In this document: positions 19,553 to 33,103 of the stretch, in pieces
Layout: each line of letters opens with the position of its first letter
Position numbering within the stretch: position 1 is the first letter of the stretch
Assembly (NCBI GenBank): GCA_001600815.1
Contig: BCKZ01000001.1
Span: forward strand, 124,001 to 166,776
DNA from: Alloascoidea hylecoeti
Lineage: Eukaryota
Direction: 5' to 3'
Length of the DNA stretch: 42,776 bases
The notes under the pieces: generated by a model
Databases searched by the model: none
Seen by the model: only the letters and a program-made list of their open reading frames with translations
What the model was told of the DNA's origin: nothing
Position numbers and translations under genes: made by a program

Positions 19553-22500
19553 ATGAATAACATAAAAAAGCATCTTTACGAATTACGACAGATTTCAATT
19601 TAATTTTATTAATATTTAACAATTATAAAATTATATAAGGCACAAATATGCAATGCACGGAAGCTTTTAATACATGAGATTTCCGGTTTTGCCAGACACA
19701 CGGGAACACGCATGTCCCCTCCGGGCCACGTACTGCATGCTAGTCTAGACTTATTATGTGTCAAGGCGCTGTATCAGATATATGCATACCTGCATCCTGT
19801 CCGGTGGTTACATTTGGGTTACATTGTTTCCCAATTCAGTCTTAACGGTTTTGAAAACTCGCAATTGATGTATAATTCATGTTTTTGTCATTAAATCGTG
19901 CTTTTCCGTTATATATTTATATATCACTCTATCCGTATGAATTTTCAGCTTTTTTTTGCATTTTTTGTCATCCATGTTGTTATTATGGACGGAGAAATGG
20001 AAACATAATAGAAATGCATGTTTGTTATTTACAGGTACTATATCCTATAAAATAGTTTCATAAAATATCTTTATCATATCACATCATATAATATCATACC
20101 AGTAACTTCATATATCTTTGGAAATATATAACCTTTATTATAGAGTATTAATCTATAGTAGGTTCTATACATATACTTTAAATATCCATCTATAAAATTA
20201 TAATTAAAACTATTTGGTAAAACTGGTTTTGTTTAAAATAAAGATGAATTAGTTTTTAATGAAGATTAAAATGGAAATGGATCGAAATGTAAATTTAAAT
20301 GGAAAATGTTAGATGTAAATGTAAATGAAAAATGTGAAAATTCCTGATTCACGTTTGATGTAACTAAGACGTTAACATGTATTATAATTATGCATATCTA
20401 ATGTATGTAAGAAGATCTATAATCAACAAAAATATATGAAAGAGGATATTTAATCGCATAAAATACATAACATTATCATATATAATGTTATGGATAAATG
20501 TTCCTCATTCAGATATCTGTTCAAATTTAAAAAGTTGAGATATATTTAACTTTTATATATATATAATTGCATATGCATAGAATCAAAAAGATGTTAACAT
20601 TAATTATAAATTTAAGGCATTTTTATTGTTTATAAAATTACCAGGGAAAAATATAAAATATTCATTAATATCAGTATCAAAAACTATCAATATAAAAATT
20701 ATAACGTTTATAAAATTACCTTTACTTATCTTTCTGATATCCTTGTTATTATTGCTATTGCTTGGTTGATGAATTAATTGTCATTTTTTGAACAATTTAA
20801 TTGATGTATGAAATATCATTATTATAATTAAACTTTTTCTTAAATTCTAAATAATGTTTCTCTTTTTTAAATTTTGTTTTAAGATTATTAATTTTCTTTC
20901 TTTTTTTTTCTTCTATGAAATTTTAAAAAACTGAATGAATTTATACTCTTTTTTTAATTGCAAAAATGCGCATGCATATTACTATAAAAAACTAGGGTAT
21001 AACACTCCTATTAAAAATCCTCTTCCATATATAATTAATAAATATTCTTCAGAAATATCAAAAAATCAATGAGTTGTTTCGTAATAGTAGAAAATTATAT
21101 TAATGATGCATATGGTCATGATATGTAACTTATTAATTTTATATCATTGGTAAAATATGCCACGAAAAAATCACAAGGGTTATACTTTAAATAGTCTAGC
21201 TAGGAGTAAAGGGAGAAATAAAATCATCGATTAATATCATGATGAAGCAACCCCGGACGATGTTCTTATACCTAAAATTATAACCGTTAAATCATTAATA
21301 TTAATATTAATATTAAATATTAAAATTAATCGTAAATATTTTTGGGTATATTTAACGAATGGCTGATGAATAAATTAAACCGGTATTTATTATGATTGAT
21401 ATACGACTTCATTGTATTTGAAGGCAGCAGTTTAAAATTAACTTCATAGTGCTGCTGTTATAATAGTTTGTTTGTAGTTCTTAGTGATAATTGATGTTAT
21501 GATATAAAAAACCATTCCGATATTGTAATTGATGATCATATTAGTTGTCATTTATTTATAAAAAATTGTACTAGACTAAATACAAGGGTATTTAACGTAC
21601 TATTTATATAAATAAATAATTGTATTCTTAAAATTGTATGTGTCTTATAACTTGTGTCTATGTTACAATTAGTATAAATGAGTCTAACCTTTTTTATAAA
21701 TTTTTTATAAATATCTCTCATTATTAAGAAGGGTGATCATCGGTCGGGAGAGATCAATCAGATGATCATTTTTATTCATTCTACATCATATGACTATATC
21801 TATCAATTGATGATCATTTTACCCTTAGGAATATTTATTGTTTAAATATATGTAATGTTCTATTAATATTGAAATTGATCGTAATTGTACTTTTAAGAAC
21901 TCGAGAGATTCATAGGAGATAATATAATTTATCCTTTTTTAGAAAATGTTTCTTAAATATAACAATATAAAATTGACATAATAGGTATATATAAATTTAT
22001 TACATTTGAATTCTTGTACACGTTATTTATTTACATATTGAGGATTAATTAGGGGAAAAAGGGGAGTGTCGTATAATTTTAAAGATTATAACACATGACA
22101 AGATTATATAACAACACATGTTAAGATTATAACACTTTATATTTATTATTATTGTTTTGACTATATTATACGAAGGAACACGTATCTTGAGTTATATATT
22201 CATTTTTGTTGTTTAAATTCCTTTAATTTTGTAAACATTTATCATTATTGCAATTGTTTTTTAAATTTTGATTTTTATGTATTTCATCATGATCAGGCCA
22301 TGTAAGTCTGTTTTATTTCGATATTTTGTCTTAATATATAAAACATTACGATGATCCATAAATATTGTTAAATATATAAATATTTCGGAAGTATGGCCAT
22401 GATACAGAGTCATAGACTATTATGTATGAAATATCACTCATATACATATTTTGTACGATTATAATATTTTTTTTATCTTGTTTATAAAAAGATCATTAAT

Positions 22501-25500
22501 GATCCATGATCCCGTTTTAAAAGGGAAAAAAAGTAAAGATTAATGTTGAAATAATAATTTATAAAATTTAAGCCTTGGTAATTTGCCATATAGTCAATTA
22601 TTATTGTAATTGTTTAAATTTGTTTTATTTTTATTTTATAATAATATTATTATCAATATAAATTATTGTTTTAAAGAAAGCCATGTTTTTAAGTATTATT
22701 TTTATAATTATAATAGTACCAAGCCATATGAACAAAAAAAAGCAAAAATAAACAATTTTGATTATGTGATTTAGTTCACTACATTAAATATATTATAATT
22801 AAAAATGTTCAACCAATCTGGAACACATTCACATTTTTAAAACTTGGAAATGGAAATTAGAAAATTAGAAATTTGATAAATTGAACTATTTGGCTAATTT
22901 TTATAACTTATGCCATAGCCATAGAAAAATAAATAGATTAGATTCCTCAATTTCCGATATAATGTTCAGTTATTGATGTACTTTGAACTTATTAATATAA
23001 AAACATGCCGCATGAATACCATTAACCGATCATACAAATACAAAAAACAATAGAAAAAGAATACCACTTACGGTTTGTTACATCACTAATAGTTTTGCAT
23101 TTATAAAAAGATTATTAATAAACCAACTATTGGTTCAAGTTGGTTATAAATAAAATGTATGATGTAATTCTTTAAATTATATGATTCTTGTTGTAATTGT
23201 CACTTGTTTAATTTGTGTTTTGTTTTTCGTTTTTCTTTCTAGAATTAGCAATTTTCTCAGTATTTATAGCATACCTCAGCTAGGCCTACGTGGATCATAT
23301 TTCATGATTCATAAATAATGATGTGAGACATGAAAAAAAGGAATTTCAAATATTATATGAAATTATAGAATGAGATCAATCAAGTTTGAGTCAGTATGTG
23401 TGAAATTTTGTATATCGATAAAAGGGCCCGGTGAATAATAGTATAATATTATAGCAGGGTGTATCTATGATCATTAGTAAAAAAAGTCAGAGTTTAATTA
23501 CACAATTGGTAATTTATTAAATAATTACGTTTACTTATTATAAGCTTGATCCACACTTTTCAATTTTGGATCAAATTAAACATGATGCCTTTTATTATTT
23601 GGTTTATATAATTATCTTACTTACCATGCCACTATCGGCTTATTAGTATAAGAACATTTTATTTAATATATAAAAGGTTCTAGACACCAGCCACAGCACT
23701 TTAAGGGGAAGGGGAATCCCTGCGGGATCTAGAATCATTTGTTTAAACACAAGAAAAACATAGAAACAATCACGTGATCGGTGAGATGGTTCCTTTTTTT
23801 TGCTTTCTTTTTTTCTTCTTGTCTTTATTACAACCAGGTACTATTTTTTTTGTTCTAAGTCATCATCAGCATCTTTATTTTGATTAAACTTTTAAACAAT
23901 GTGTAATGGACTTATTAAGTTTATCAATTAATTATAGGTTTATATTCAAATTTAGATCATTGCATTACAATTGTAATAAAAATATTGTCATTTTACTAAA
24001 TTACTATTCGCGAATTCATTAAACTAAACTAAATATATTATTTAAAAGTCTAGATCTACTCATTATGTCAATTACAATCAGCACGTGATTGATAATAAAA
24101 CAATTTAGCAGGACGATTTAAATAGAATATTTTGGTAAAGGGTTAACTTTAAAAGTTAATCTATAAAATTTAATAATATTCACGTTAATCATTATTGGAA
24201 ATTAAATCACGGATAATTGGCAACATCCTTGTGATTCCTTGATAATTGATAGTTTTCTCTAAGAGGTCAAAGTTAAGAGGGAAGGTTTTTTAAACAAAAA
24301 GAAACATCAGAAAAAGAAAAAAGGGTCTAAGAAAATATGATCTAGACTAGTTATAGAAAACAAATCATTTTTAAATATAAATCAAATAATTGCTTCTATT
24401 AGGAAATTCCCAACTAAAGGTTGGGGGTTAGATTGATTGTTTGATCATCCATCTGTAGCTATATCCCATATATGGGGTTTCTTTTTCTTTTTCTTCTTTG
24501 TTTAGACATCTCGATATATCTAAGTTAGATTAAAATATCTTATAAATATATTAACTTATGTAATATTAAATCTGGGTTGTGTTAAACCGAACAAATGAAA
24601 CCTCAAAAGTAAACTGTGGAGACACATGGCCATATAACGCTATAATAATTTATAAATACTTAATATCTTAATTTTTTCAATATTAGGAGCTTTACTAATT
24701 AAGTTAAATTTTGTATATAAAAGAAATATCTTAATATCTTCATAGATTGAGTGTTTAAGATTATATTACACATTTGTATACTACTTTCTATTTATAAATA
24801 TGCCACTACGCATAAGGCTAATAATGGCTTCGATCCGGGGAAGACAAAATAAAGAGATTTATTCTCAATAGAGTAATACTCATTAGAAATATACAGTACA
24901 GAATTAGTATAAAACAACAATGAAAGACCAAATATTCTAAAATATTAACCCTCTTTTTGTTTTGTGCAGTTATATATCAAATGAGGAAAACCCCAATATT
25001 TATATTGTTTCGAAATTACCTTGTTTAGGCATCTGTAATAATGCATAATATATATAAACTGTTTAAAATTTATCTCCTTTCATTTATTAAATGTCACCAT
25101 TATAATTAATATTAATTATATGGCATGCAATATTATAACGTTATAACATATCCTTGACTTTTTCAACTTGCAACTGTCTTGCACACCACAACATATAAAT
25201 TTGTGGCTAGTGGCTATAATCCAATTGGTTCAAAAATATATAAATATCATCAGTATATTTATCAGGACTAATTTAGAAATGGGACTTGACTAAGTTGACA
25301 GTAATTAATATAATAACAATGCCTTGAAATTAATATAGATGTTATCTTGCCACAGCTGGATCTATCCGTTACATTTAAAGAAATAAGTGTGGCCCAAAGG
25401 AAATCTACGCTTGCATATATATTTAACGGATCTTATTTGGAAAAAAAAACTCATTTTATGCAATATATGAAAATTATATCATAACCAATAAATAAAGTCT

Positions 25501-28126
25501 TAATTGTGAAATCGAAGTGAAAATTAGAATATATATCAATGGTCTTTCTTTTGATTACAATTGGTCAATGGCCAATGTAATATGCATCCATTGTGAATTC
25601 AAAATAAAAATGAAAAAATATAACAAACCTTTCTTATTTTTTCAATTGGCCAATGTGATATGCATTTCTGTTTTTTTTAATCTTAATTAAACCTTAATCC
25701 ATGTTTACACGCCATACATAGCAATAGGGATACTAAAAAACCAAAAACCGTTCGCAGCGGTAAATTAAAGAGGTACAAATTTACGCCATGATTGTTCTAG
25801 ATGACTGAATATCTGAGAAACCTAAATTCGTAAATTTATTGTTTATAATAATAATCAAAGCTATTGATGTCAATATAGAGCCTAGGTTGACTATAAAAAG
25901 AAATTAAGATTGTTTGGAGGGAGGTGTATTTTCCTTTGGCTAAAGAACCTGGTATGGCCAGGAAATTAAACCTCCTTACACTATAAATGTAATTGAACAT
26001 GAATATTGAAATTTTCAAAAGAGAAACAAACGTAAACTCTATTTTGTTGTTAATATATTATTGATACCATCTGAAATGAATTCTGATTTTGTGTATTATA
26101 AATATCAATATTAAAAGACTTCATATGATTATTAATATTTAAGGTGTTAAGATCGATATATCCTTTTTAGCTTAAATTTCTGATCGATATCCGTTAAAAT
26201 TATACCTTCAATTTTAGTCAAATTATATAATATATATCATTATTATTAATTTAAAACATTCTAAGATGATCACTAAGCTTTATAATTATAACATGTAATA
26301 TATAATCCAGTTATAATATAAAACTGATCACGATGGATAAAAGGTGTAGCATCTATATGTAACGTGATATCTTAAGAAACTTACATAAACGGACATGCAG
26401 AGAATAATTATAATTATCTGATAAGATTGGTCATGAGTGAAACTTATAATTAAGCAAGACATTTTTTCTTAACATTGAAAATCAATATTTAAATTTATTT
26501 ATATTATTATGGTTGATATTTTTATATTAAAGGTTTAAGGCTAGTGAAAATTTACTTGCATATTCGCCGTAATTATTCGGGAAGACATCAAATTAATATT
26601 TCTTTCTATATATATATATATATATATTTTTTTTTTCAAAATTTTACCTTTTTAGAAAAATCTTTTCTTGTTGCAAGTACAAACTTAAAATTCAATATTG
26701 AACAGGATAATTAGATAATGACGTTTTAAAAACAACATAAATATGTGTAAAGATCAAAATGAAAATATTAATATAAAGGTTCAACTATTATGATAATGTT
26801 TTACTATGATATTACTATTCTAAGTACATATGCATATTAACTATTATGCACAACAACACATCAATGTTGTGTAGCTGGTTACCGTTATAACCTCCTTATA
26901 TTTACGCAGTACCTTCACTATTTAAATAGCTAGACGTATAAATCACCCTTAATTATATTTGAACAAGTATCTGTTTATGATATAGATGGTTGCTTTGTAT
27001 TTGGATCATGAGAGCGACCGGAATTCCGTTTCAAATGAATATGTATGAACATGTATCATAGAAAGCGCTAGCTGCTGAAAAGGTTCATTTTTATATTCAA
27101 TTGTAATTGCATCTGATTACTGTTTCATTACTCTTATTCTTAAGCTTAAAAGTAATAATTAAATAGTTATATTGTTTAAATAGAAGTAATATTGTCTGAC
27201 ATTTTGGCGGAGGACTCTTAATTTTCAAATGGTTAGTTAACATTACAGCCACGGCGCGGCGTTTAAACTCCTTTACAAGTTTTTACAGATATACATTTGA
27301 TTGAAATAGAATTTGAAAAAAGAAATTAAGCTTAATTGATTATATTTTGAGATAAATCTGAATTACGACAATTTGATGAAGAAAAAGTGCAAGTTTAAAA
27401 TTTAAAAGTCTCATGATCGATATCGATTAGATGTCCCGGGCACTAATATCAACTTATGAAAAAGGAACGGAATTTACTTTTCATTATTAAAATTCAACCA
27501 CACAATTGGCTAAAATTTAACGAGTTAATAGCTATTCTTTGGTATATAGTACCTTACGAAAACACATGCATAGATATATGGTATACGGCTCTATTATAAC
27601 TTATAGTTAACAAAATGTAGCTATTTTCAATTGTAGTTGTGACAATAATGTAATGAAAAATCTTTTTAAATCCTACAGGTATAAAAAATGAATTAACGCT
27701 TTATATGGCATTTTAACCATATTAGGTGTCATAAATAGGTTTCATACGTAAGGTTATAAGTATAGATCTGTCAATAATGATACCTGGTGTATATATGCAT
27801 TAAAAATTTATATTAGCTAGAAACGAATATTAATTCAATAGTACTACTACTAGTATGTAATTTTAATATCATTATTGTCATTAAGTATACAAGAAATATT
27901 AATAGCAGCCATTGATTGAAACTTTTTATTACTTATTACTTATATTATACATAAAATCTTAGAATAAAATACACAAAAATGAAATGACAAATGATAAATG
28001 AAGAATGGAAATGAAAAGTGTAAATGAAAAATGGAAATGAAAAATGGAAATGAAAAATGCATGTAGGAGAAATAGGATATTAAAAAGAAATTTCAGAATG
28101 ATGTTTTAGTAAATGACACAATTATA

Positions 28127-30331
28127 TCACAATATTGCTGAAACAGCATCACTATAATCTGATAGTGATGCCTTTTTGCCATCACCAGATTGATAAACAT
28201 AAGCAACTCTAAAATATAATTTTAATGAATTATCTTTATCATGAATATCATTTATCGATAAATCATTATAATTTGAAATCCAATCAATAGTTGAAAATTC
28301 TTTATTTGGACCTCTATATCTTTCAATATCATTTATTAATAAACTGTATTGAACAGTTTCATTTGATACCAATGAATTTAAATTTGAAATGCTATTGTTC
28401 TGCACGTTATTGTTATTGTTTATGTTCATGTTTAATAATTGATTTAAATGATTTGAATCTGATGTCCATTGTATTTGCCCTGTTAAATTATTATATGATA
28501 CATTTTTTGGTGAAATACCATCAAGTCTTGGACCATCTCTTTTTAAACTAATATTAGTTTCAATAATTGATGCAAAATCCCATCTTGCTACACCACTAAT
28601 GAATAAACCAAGTAAAATACCTTGGAATAAAAAACCAGGTGTTGTTCTAAATCTTGTTCCAGGTAAAAAAATTAAACCAAGTATATAATGATGAATTCTT
28701 AAAGTTGTTGAAAATATAGAATTAATAATTAATGATAATGTTAAAACACCACCAATAATTAATCCATAAATTCCTAAATATTTTTTAAATTGACCACCTT
28801 TCCAAATAGTTACAGCTTGAACAATAATTCCAATAATTACTAATAATATCAAACCACCAATTGCAATCCATGCTCCAGATTGAGATTTAATATCATCCAT
28901 TGTAAATCTATCAACTGGTAAACTATCAAAAGTATAGTTATTTAATAATCCAATCCATAAACCACCCATCCAAAATAATGTTTTACTTAAATGTGCTTTG
29001 TTACCATCTAATTGATATTTTGAAATTAATACCCAAATTGTATAAAAAACAAAACATGCTGGTAAAAAACGTTCAAAACCAATTGAAATTAAAGTTGAAT
29101 TTCTTTCTTGAGAACCAAGATTTGAAATTGGTGGATCAATATATAAAATAATTGACCAAAATCCCATTATAACAATTGTCCAATAAAAAATAATTGCTTC
29201 AATTATAAAATAACTGAAAAATAATGATATAAAAATTTGTAACCAAATTATTGAAATTCTATAATCATAGCAACCATTTATTTTAAAATTTGAATTTGAG
29301 TTTATATTATCATTATTAATAATGAATGAAAATGGGAAAAATGAATCAAAACTAATTGATTTAATACCGGAATTTCCATCAATTGATTTAAAATTATTAT
29401 AAAATCCATTATATTCAATTTTACCACAACCACCATATTTATTTGATATAATACCATTATGAACACCAGCAGCACAAATAAATGAATCACCTCTATAAAC
29501 AAATTCATCATTATCATTATCATTATCATTATCATTATCATTATCATCTAGAATATTTTCATTTTTACCTCCTCCTATAATATATGATTTATATCTTATC
29601 TTTTGATCCCCAACAGTTCTTTCAGTATATATTAAACTATCACTTGAACATCTTGCAGGACATTTAAAAAAAACCGTTTTATTATTGAAAGGTTTACAAT
29701 CATCACCATTTAAACCACAATTTGAATCTTTACCTTTCCAAATTTTTGCTTGTTGACCACATGTAAATAATTCAACATTTTCGTACTGATTCGTTTCTTT
29801 ATTAAATATTGTTGGATTATTTAATGTTGTTTTATTAATAATTTTAAAAAATATAAAAAACCATAAAAATATAAATAAAAATATAATTGATTTTCGAATT
29901 ATTTGAAATTTACTATTATTATTTGTTAATATTGATAATTTCTCAGGTAATAATTGTAATGATTTAAAAAAAAGAGTTGGTTGATTTAATTTAAGATCAA
30001 TTGGATTTTCAGGTCCGTTCCAAATAGTTTTAATAATTTTTAGAAAATTATGTTTATTCTGATAATTATTGCTAACATTTGTACTTGTATTAGTTAATGT
30101 TGATGATGCTGATATTGTTGTATATCCTTCAGGTTTATCAGCTTCTTCATATGTTAATCCGTGAGTGTGACTGTTATCTAAATTCCCATCATCCGATGCT
30201 GTTTGCTCGAGATCATCCAAGTAAATGTCATTTCCGCAACTTCCTCGAACCCTATTTTCATCATCATCTGAATTATTACCAGTCCGAGGTAATAAACTTT
30301 CAAGTAGTGTATGATCCAATGGGTTACTCAT
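28127..30331 (-). CDS. Fungal LCCL-domain multi-pass membrane protein
   Basis: CGLNGDDCKPF...CPARC...YRGDSFICAAGVHNGIISNKYGGCG (LCCL domain), followed by several TM helices and the motif RIHHYILGL...GVARWDFASIIET. Confidence 0.9.
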   Translation of the reverse strand: MSNPLDHTLLESLLPRTGNNSDDDENRVRGSCGNDIYLDDLEQTASDDGNLDNSHTHGLTYEEADKPEGYTTISASSTLTNTSTNVSNNYQNKHNFLKIIKTIWNGPENPIDLKLNQPTLFFKSLQLLPEKLSILTNNNSKFQIIRKSIIFLFIFLWFFIFFKIINKTTLNNPTIFNKETNQYENVELFTCGQQAKIWKGKDSNCGLNGDDCKPFNNKTVFFKCPARCSSDSLIYTERTVGDQKIRYKSYIIGGGKNENILDDNDNDNDNDNDNDEFVYRGDSFICAAGVHNGIISNKYGGCGKIEYNGFYNNFKSIDGNSGIKSISFDSFFPFSFIINNDNINSNSNFKINGCYDYRISIIWLQIFISLFFSYFIIEAIIFYWTIVIMGFWSIILYIDPPISNLGSQERNSTLISIGFERFLPACFVFYTIWVLISKYQLDGNKAHLSKTLFWMGGLWIGLLNNYTFDSLPVDRFTMDDIKSQSGAWIAIGGLILLVIIGIIVQAVTIWKGGQFKKYLGIYGLIIGGVLTLSLIINSIFSTTLRIHHYILGLIFLPGTRFRTTPGFLFQGILLGLFISGVARWDFASIIETNISLKRDGPRLDGISPKNVSYNNLTGQIQWTSDSNHLNQLLNMNINNNNNVQNNSISNLNSLVSNETVQYSLLINDIERYRGPNKEFSTIDWISNYNDLSINDIHDKDNSLKLYFRVAYVYQSGDGKKASLSDYSDAVSAIL
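29507..29548 (-). repeat. (GATAAT)n coding microsatellite (DN repeat)
   Basis: atcatt tandem array on the + strand, encoding DDNDNDNDNDNDN. Confidence 0.9.
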
Positions 30332-31115
30332 GATATCTACAATTTTTGCAAGTATCTATCAGAGATGTCAAAAGAACTGGAGGAACTTTACGGAATAAGT
30401 CTTTATTTATTGGTGTCTAAGTCGGGTATGTCGGAATTTAAATGGGAGCCGAAACTTAATTAAGGCTTGGCTTTTGGATTTGCAAGTGATATTATAATAT
30501 GACACAACGGACTAAAGCGGATGAGGATTGAAATTTATCCATATATGGGTGTGGCCATGGAGGTGCCGAGTCTACATAGAAAAGGGTTGACTTCTTTATA
30601 TGTTTGAGTGATGATGCTTAACTGAAGCAATCATCTAAAGAAGCATAACTAACAACATCCAAAGCTAACCAGGGTCTCACAGAAAATTTTGCTTGCTTTT
30701 TTAAATTTGGTCGGTTTTGCAGCTGAGCTTGAGATAACCCCATTTCGCCCCCATACACTTACAACAAACAATATATCGGTATATTAACACCCATACAAGG
30801 GATTTGTCATGTTTGGGCCTCAAGCCTCCCTTAGTTATATCTTTCCATAGAAGGCACATGCATTATTGGTCAGTAGGTCCATGTTCCGCACTTGCAATGT
30901 CTTGCATTATCAAAACTTTGCTGATTCTTATGGTAACAATTTTAAAACACTTTTAAGAAATGATTAGAGGATCCCTTGAGAATAAAATCGTTGCTAGCTT
31001 ACTAAATGAATATAACTTTCCTTTAAAATTCATTATTGCAATTGTGTTAACGTATCACATGATTATGTAGATATTTGGTATAAGTAGTCAAGTTTTATAG
31101 AAAAAAAAAACACAT

Positions 31116-32411
31116 CTATAGAATATTATTATATAGTTTCACAGTTACCACACTAGCTCCAAGTCCCTTTGCAGTTTTGGATCTCATTAAATCATCACGT
31201 AACTTAGCTGCTTCTTCTTCAGCATTAGACTCTTTAATCCGTTTCTCTCTCTGAGAATTTATTGCAGATGCACTAGCCTTCATTCTCTCTAATTTAGCTC
31301 TTAATTCTTCTTCCTTATTTGATGCATTTTTATCACTATCTGATTTATTAGACCTTTCTTGATTTATATAGGGTGTCCTAGACTCTGTATAACTGTACCC
31401 ACTGTCAGTGTTACGATTATTACGATAATCAGATTTGTTACTTTCCGAACTTCTTGATTTCGATCGTTCAGTTCTGTATTTTGTATATCTTTCCCGATTC
31501 TCATGTTCATAATCATATCTTCGATTATCACGATTATCACCTCTCGGACTTCTTGATCTTGACCGTTCCACATTATGTGTTGTATACCTAGAAGACTTTT
31601 CACGATCGTCACCTCCTGAACTTCTTGATCTCGATCTTTCTCCCCTGTGTCTTGAATATCTAGACGATCTACTTCGATTTTCATATTCATGTCTTCGATA
31701 TTTTCTTTCTCTTGAATCTCTTGAATCTCTTGAATCTCTTGAATCTCTTGGTTCTCTTGGTTCTCTTGGTTCTCGTCGTTTATCAGAATATTTATATGTG
31801 TCTGAGTGGTGATGACTTGAATGACGGGAAGAATGACTTGAACGATGATTTGGGCGACGTGAGCTTGAACTTGAACTTTTATGAAGATCATTTGAACGTC
31901 GTTCGCTCTCTTCTCGTTTTATATATCTGTTTTTTTTTAATGATTGTAAAGCTTGTTGCTGTTTTTGTTTTATAAGCAGCATCGGATCATCTCGTACTTT
32001 ATTGATCATATCCCTTGAGTTTAATGTAGCTTCTTGATCTTCAGCTAGTGGAATCGAACCAAAATTAAGATGTCGTTCATCTTGTTTTGCCTTTTTCAAA
32101 ATAATATCATCTATCCTTTTCTTTCCTAACAAATAAGCTTCTTTTTCATCTGTAGGACCCATATGAGTACTACCATCATTCATTTCTGAACCTGCATACA
32201 TCCATTCGACTCTTTCAATCCTTTTTTTACCAGTTAATTTCTCTTGCATTTCCATTAATTCCTTTCGTTCACGTTCTTGTTGAATTTCTTTCTGTCTTTC
32301 TAATATCTTTTTACGCTCCTCAAGTGCTTCCTGTTCTCTTTTCCAGACTTGCTCCTGGTTTTTCATTAAACCGGGATGCCATGACTTTTTTAAATTTAAA
32401 TCCCCCGGCAT
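31116..32411 (-). CDS. CWC25: Pre-mRNA splicing factor Cwc25
   Basis: Begins MPGDLNLKKSWHP; contains RVEWMY, EAYLLGKKRID and KVRDDPMLLIK; RS-rich tail. Confidence 0.95.
   Translation of the reverse strand: MPGDLNLKKSWHPGLMKNQEQVWKREQEALEERKKILERQKEIQQERERKELMEMQEKLTGKKRIERVEWMYAGSEMNDGSTHMGPTDEKEAYLLGKKRIDDIILKKAKQDERHLNFGSIPLAEDQEATLNSRDMINKVRDDPMLLIKQKQQQALQSLKKNRYIKREESERRSNDLHKSSSSSSRRPNHRSSHSSRHSSHHHSDTYKYSDKRREPREPREPRDSRDSRDSRDSRERKYRRHEYENRSRSSRYSRHRGERSRSRSSGGDDREKSSRYTTHNVERSRSRSPRGDNRDNRRYDYEHENRERYTKYRTERSKSRSSESNKSDYRNNRNTDSGYSYTESRTPYINQERSNKSDSDKNASNKEEELRAKLERMKASASAINSQREKRIKESNAEEEAAKLRDDLMRSKTAKGLGASVVTVKLYNNIL
31707..31775 (-). repeat. 9-bp coding tandem repeats (REP x3, RDS x4) in CWC25
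   Basis: ctcttgaat and ctcttggtt units on the + strand. Confidence 0.85.
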
Positions 32412-33103
32412 CGTGTATTGTTTATTGTTGAATGCTTAACTGATGTCGATGAGTTCAGGTGGTGTAAACTAGTAATTATGCCCGTGCTCAAAAATACCGT
32501 CCTTGAGGATGAGTGTGCTCACATTTACTCAACAATACCCACGTGACCGGAGAGGTATGTTTTTTTCTGCTTTTCTTGCAGTTTGCCATACCATACTGAT
32601 CCACGTATAAAAATAAAGTATACAAGGACCAAAGATATATTGGTACGACCATCTACTAAAACGTCTATAATCTTACTTTATATTTATTTAAAATAAAGAT
32701 CATATGGGGAATAAAACAAGCAACTAAACCATATATCATTTATCAAAAATCTATATTATATAAATCTTACATGAAGTAATGTGGATTATTTTTCATTGGT
32801 TTAATAATAATTATCAAATAAACCTATTATCAAATATCAACTCTTCATTTATTTAATTTCGTTTTATTTAACTTATATTTTGAATAAAGGAAACTAAATA
32901 ACTTAGGTTTCAATATTAAATAACACGTGCGCGCAACTGTTACCATTATAAGCACTAACCCAAAAGTTAAATAATTTAACTAAAAGAAAGAATCAAAAAT
33001 TTATTGAATGAATAAGAAGTCAATATACAATTATTATTATATTCTGAAGGTTTTCTTTTTTATTTAATATTTAATACACCAATTAATAAAACGATAAACT
33101 ATA

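Noticed and set aside
23619..23750. ACTTACC as the 5' end of U1 snRNA
   Set aside because: Reads ACTTACCA rather than ACTTACCT, and no U1 loop I, loop II or Sm-site pattern follows.
23769..24089. ATCACGTG sites (23769 and ~24082) as CDEI of a point centromere
   Set aside because: No CDEIII-like TCCGAA at a suitable spacing. More likely Cbf1/bHLH promoter sites.
30400..31050. Moderately GC-rich intergene as an ncRNA or pseudogene
   Set aside because: No tRNA boxes, convincing snoRNA layout or identifiable protein motif.
31364..31975. Alternative-frame ORFs over CWC25 (also those over PUF6, ENT5, LCCL and TEF1)
   Set aside because: Shadow frames produced by coding repeats and codon bias.
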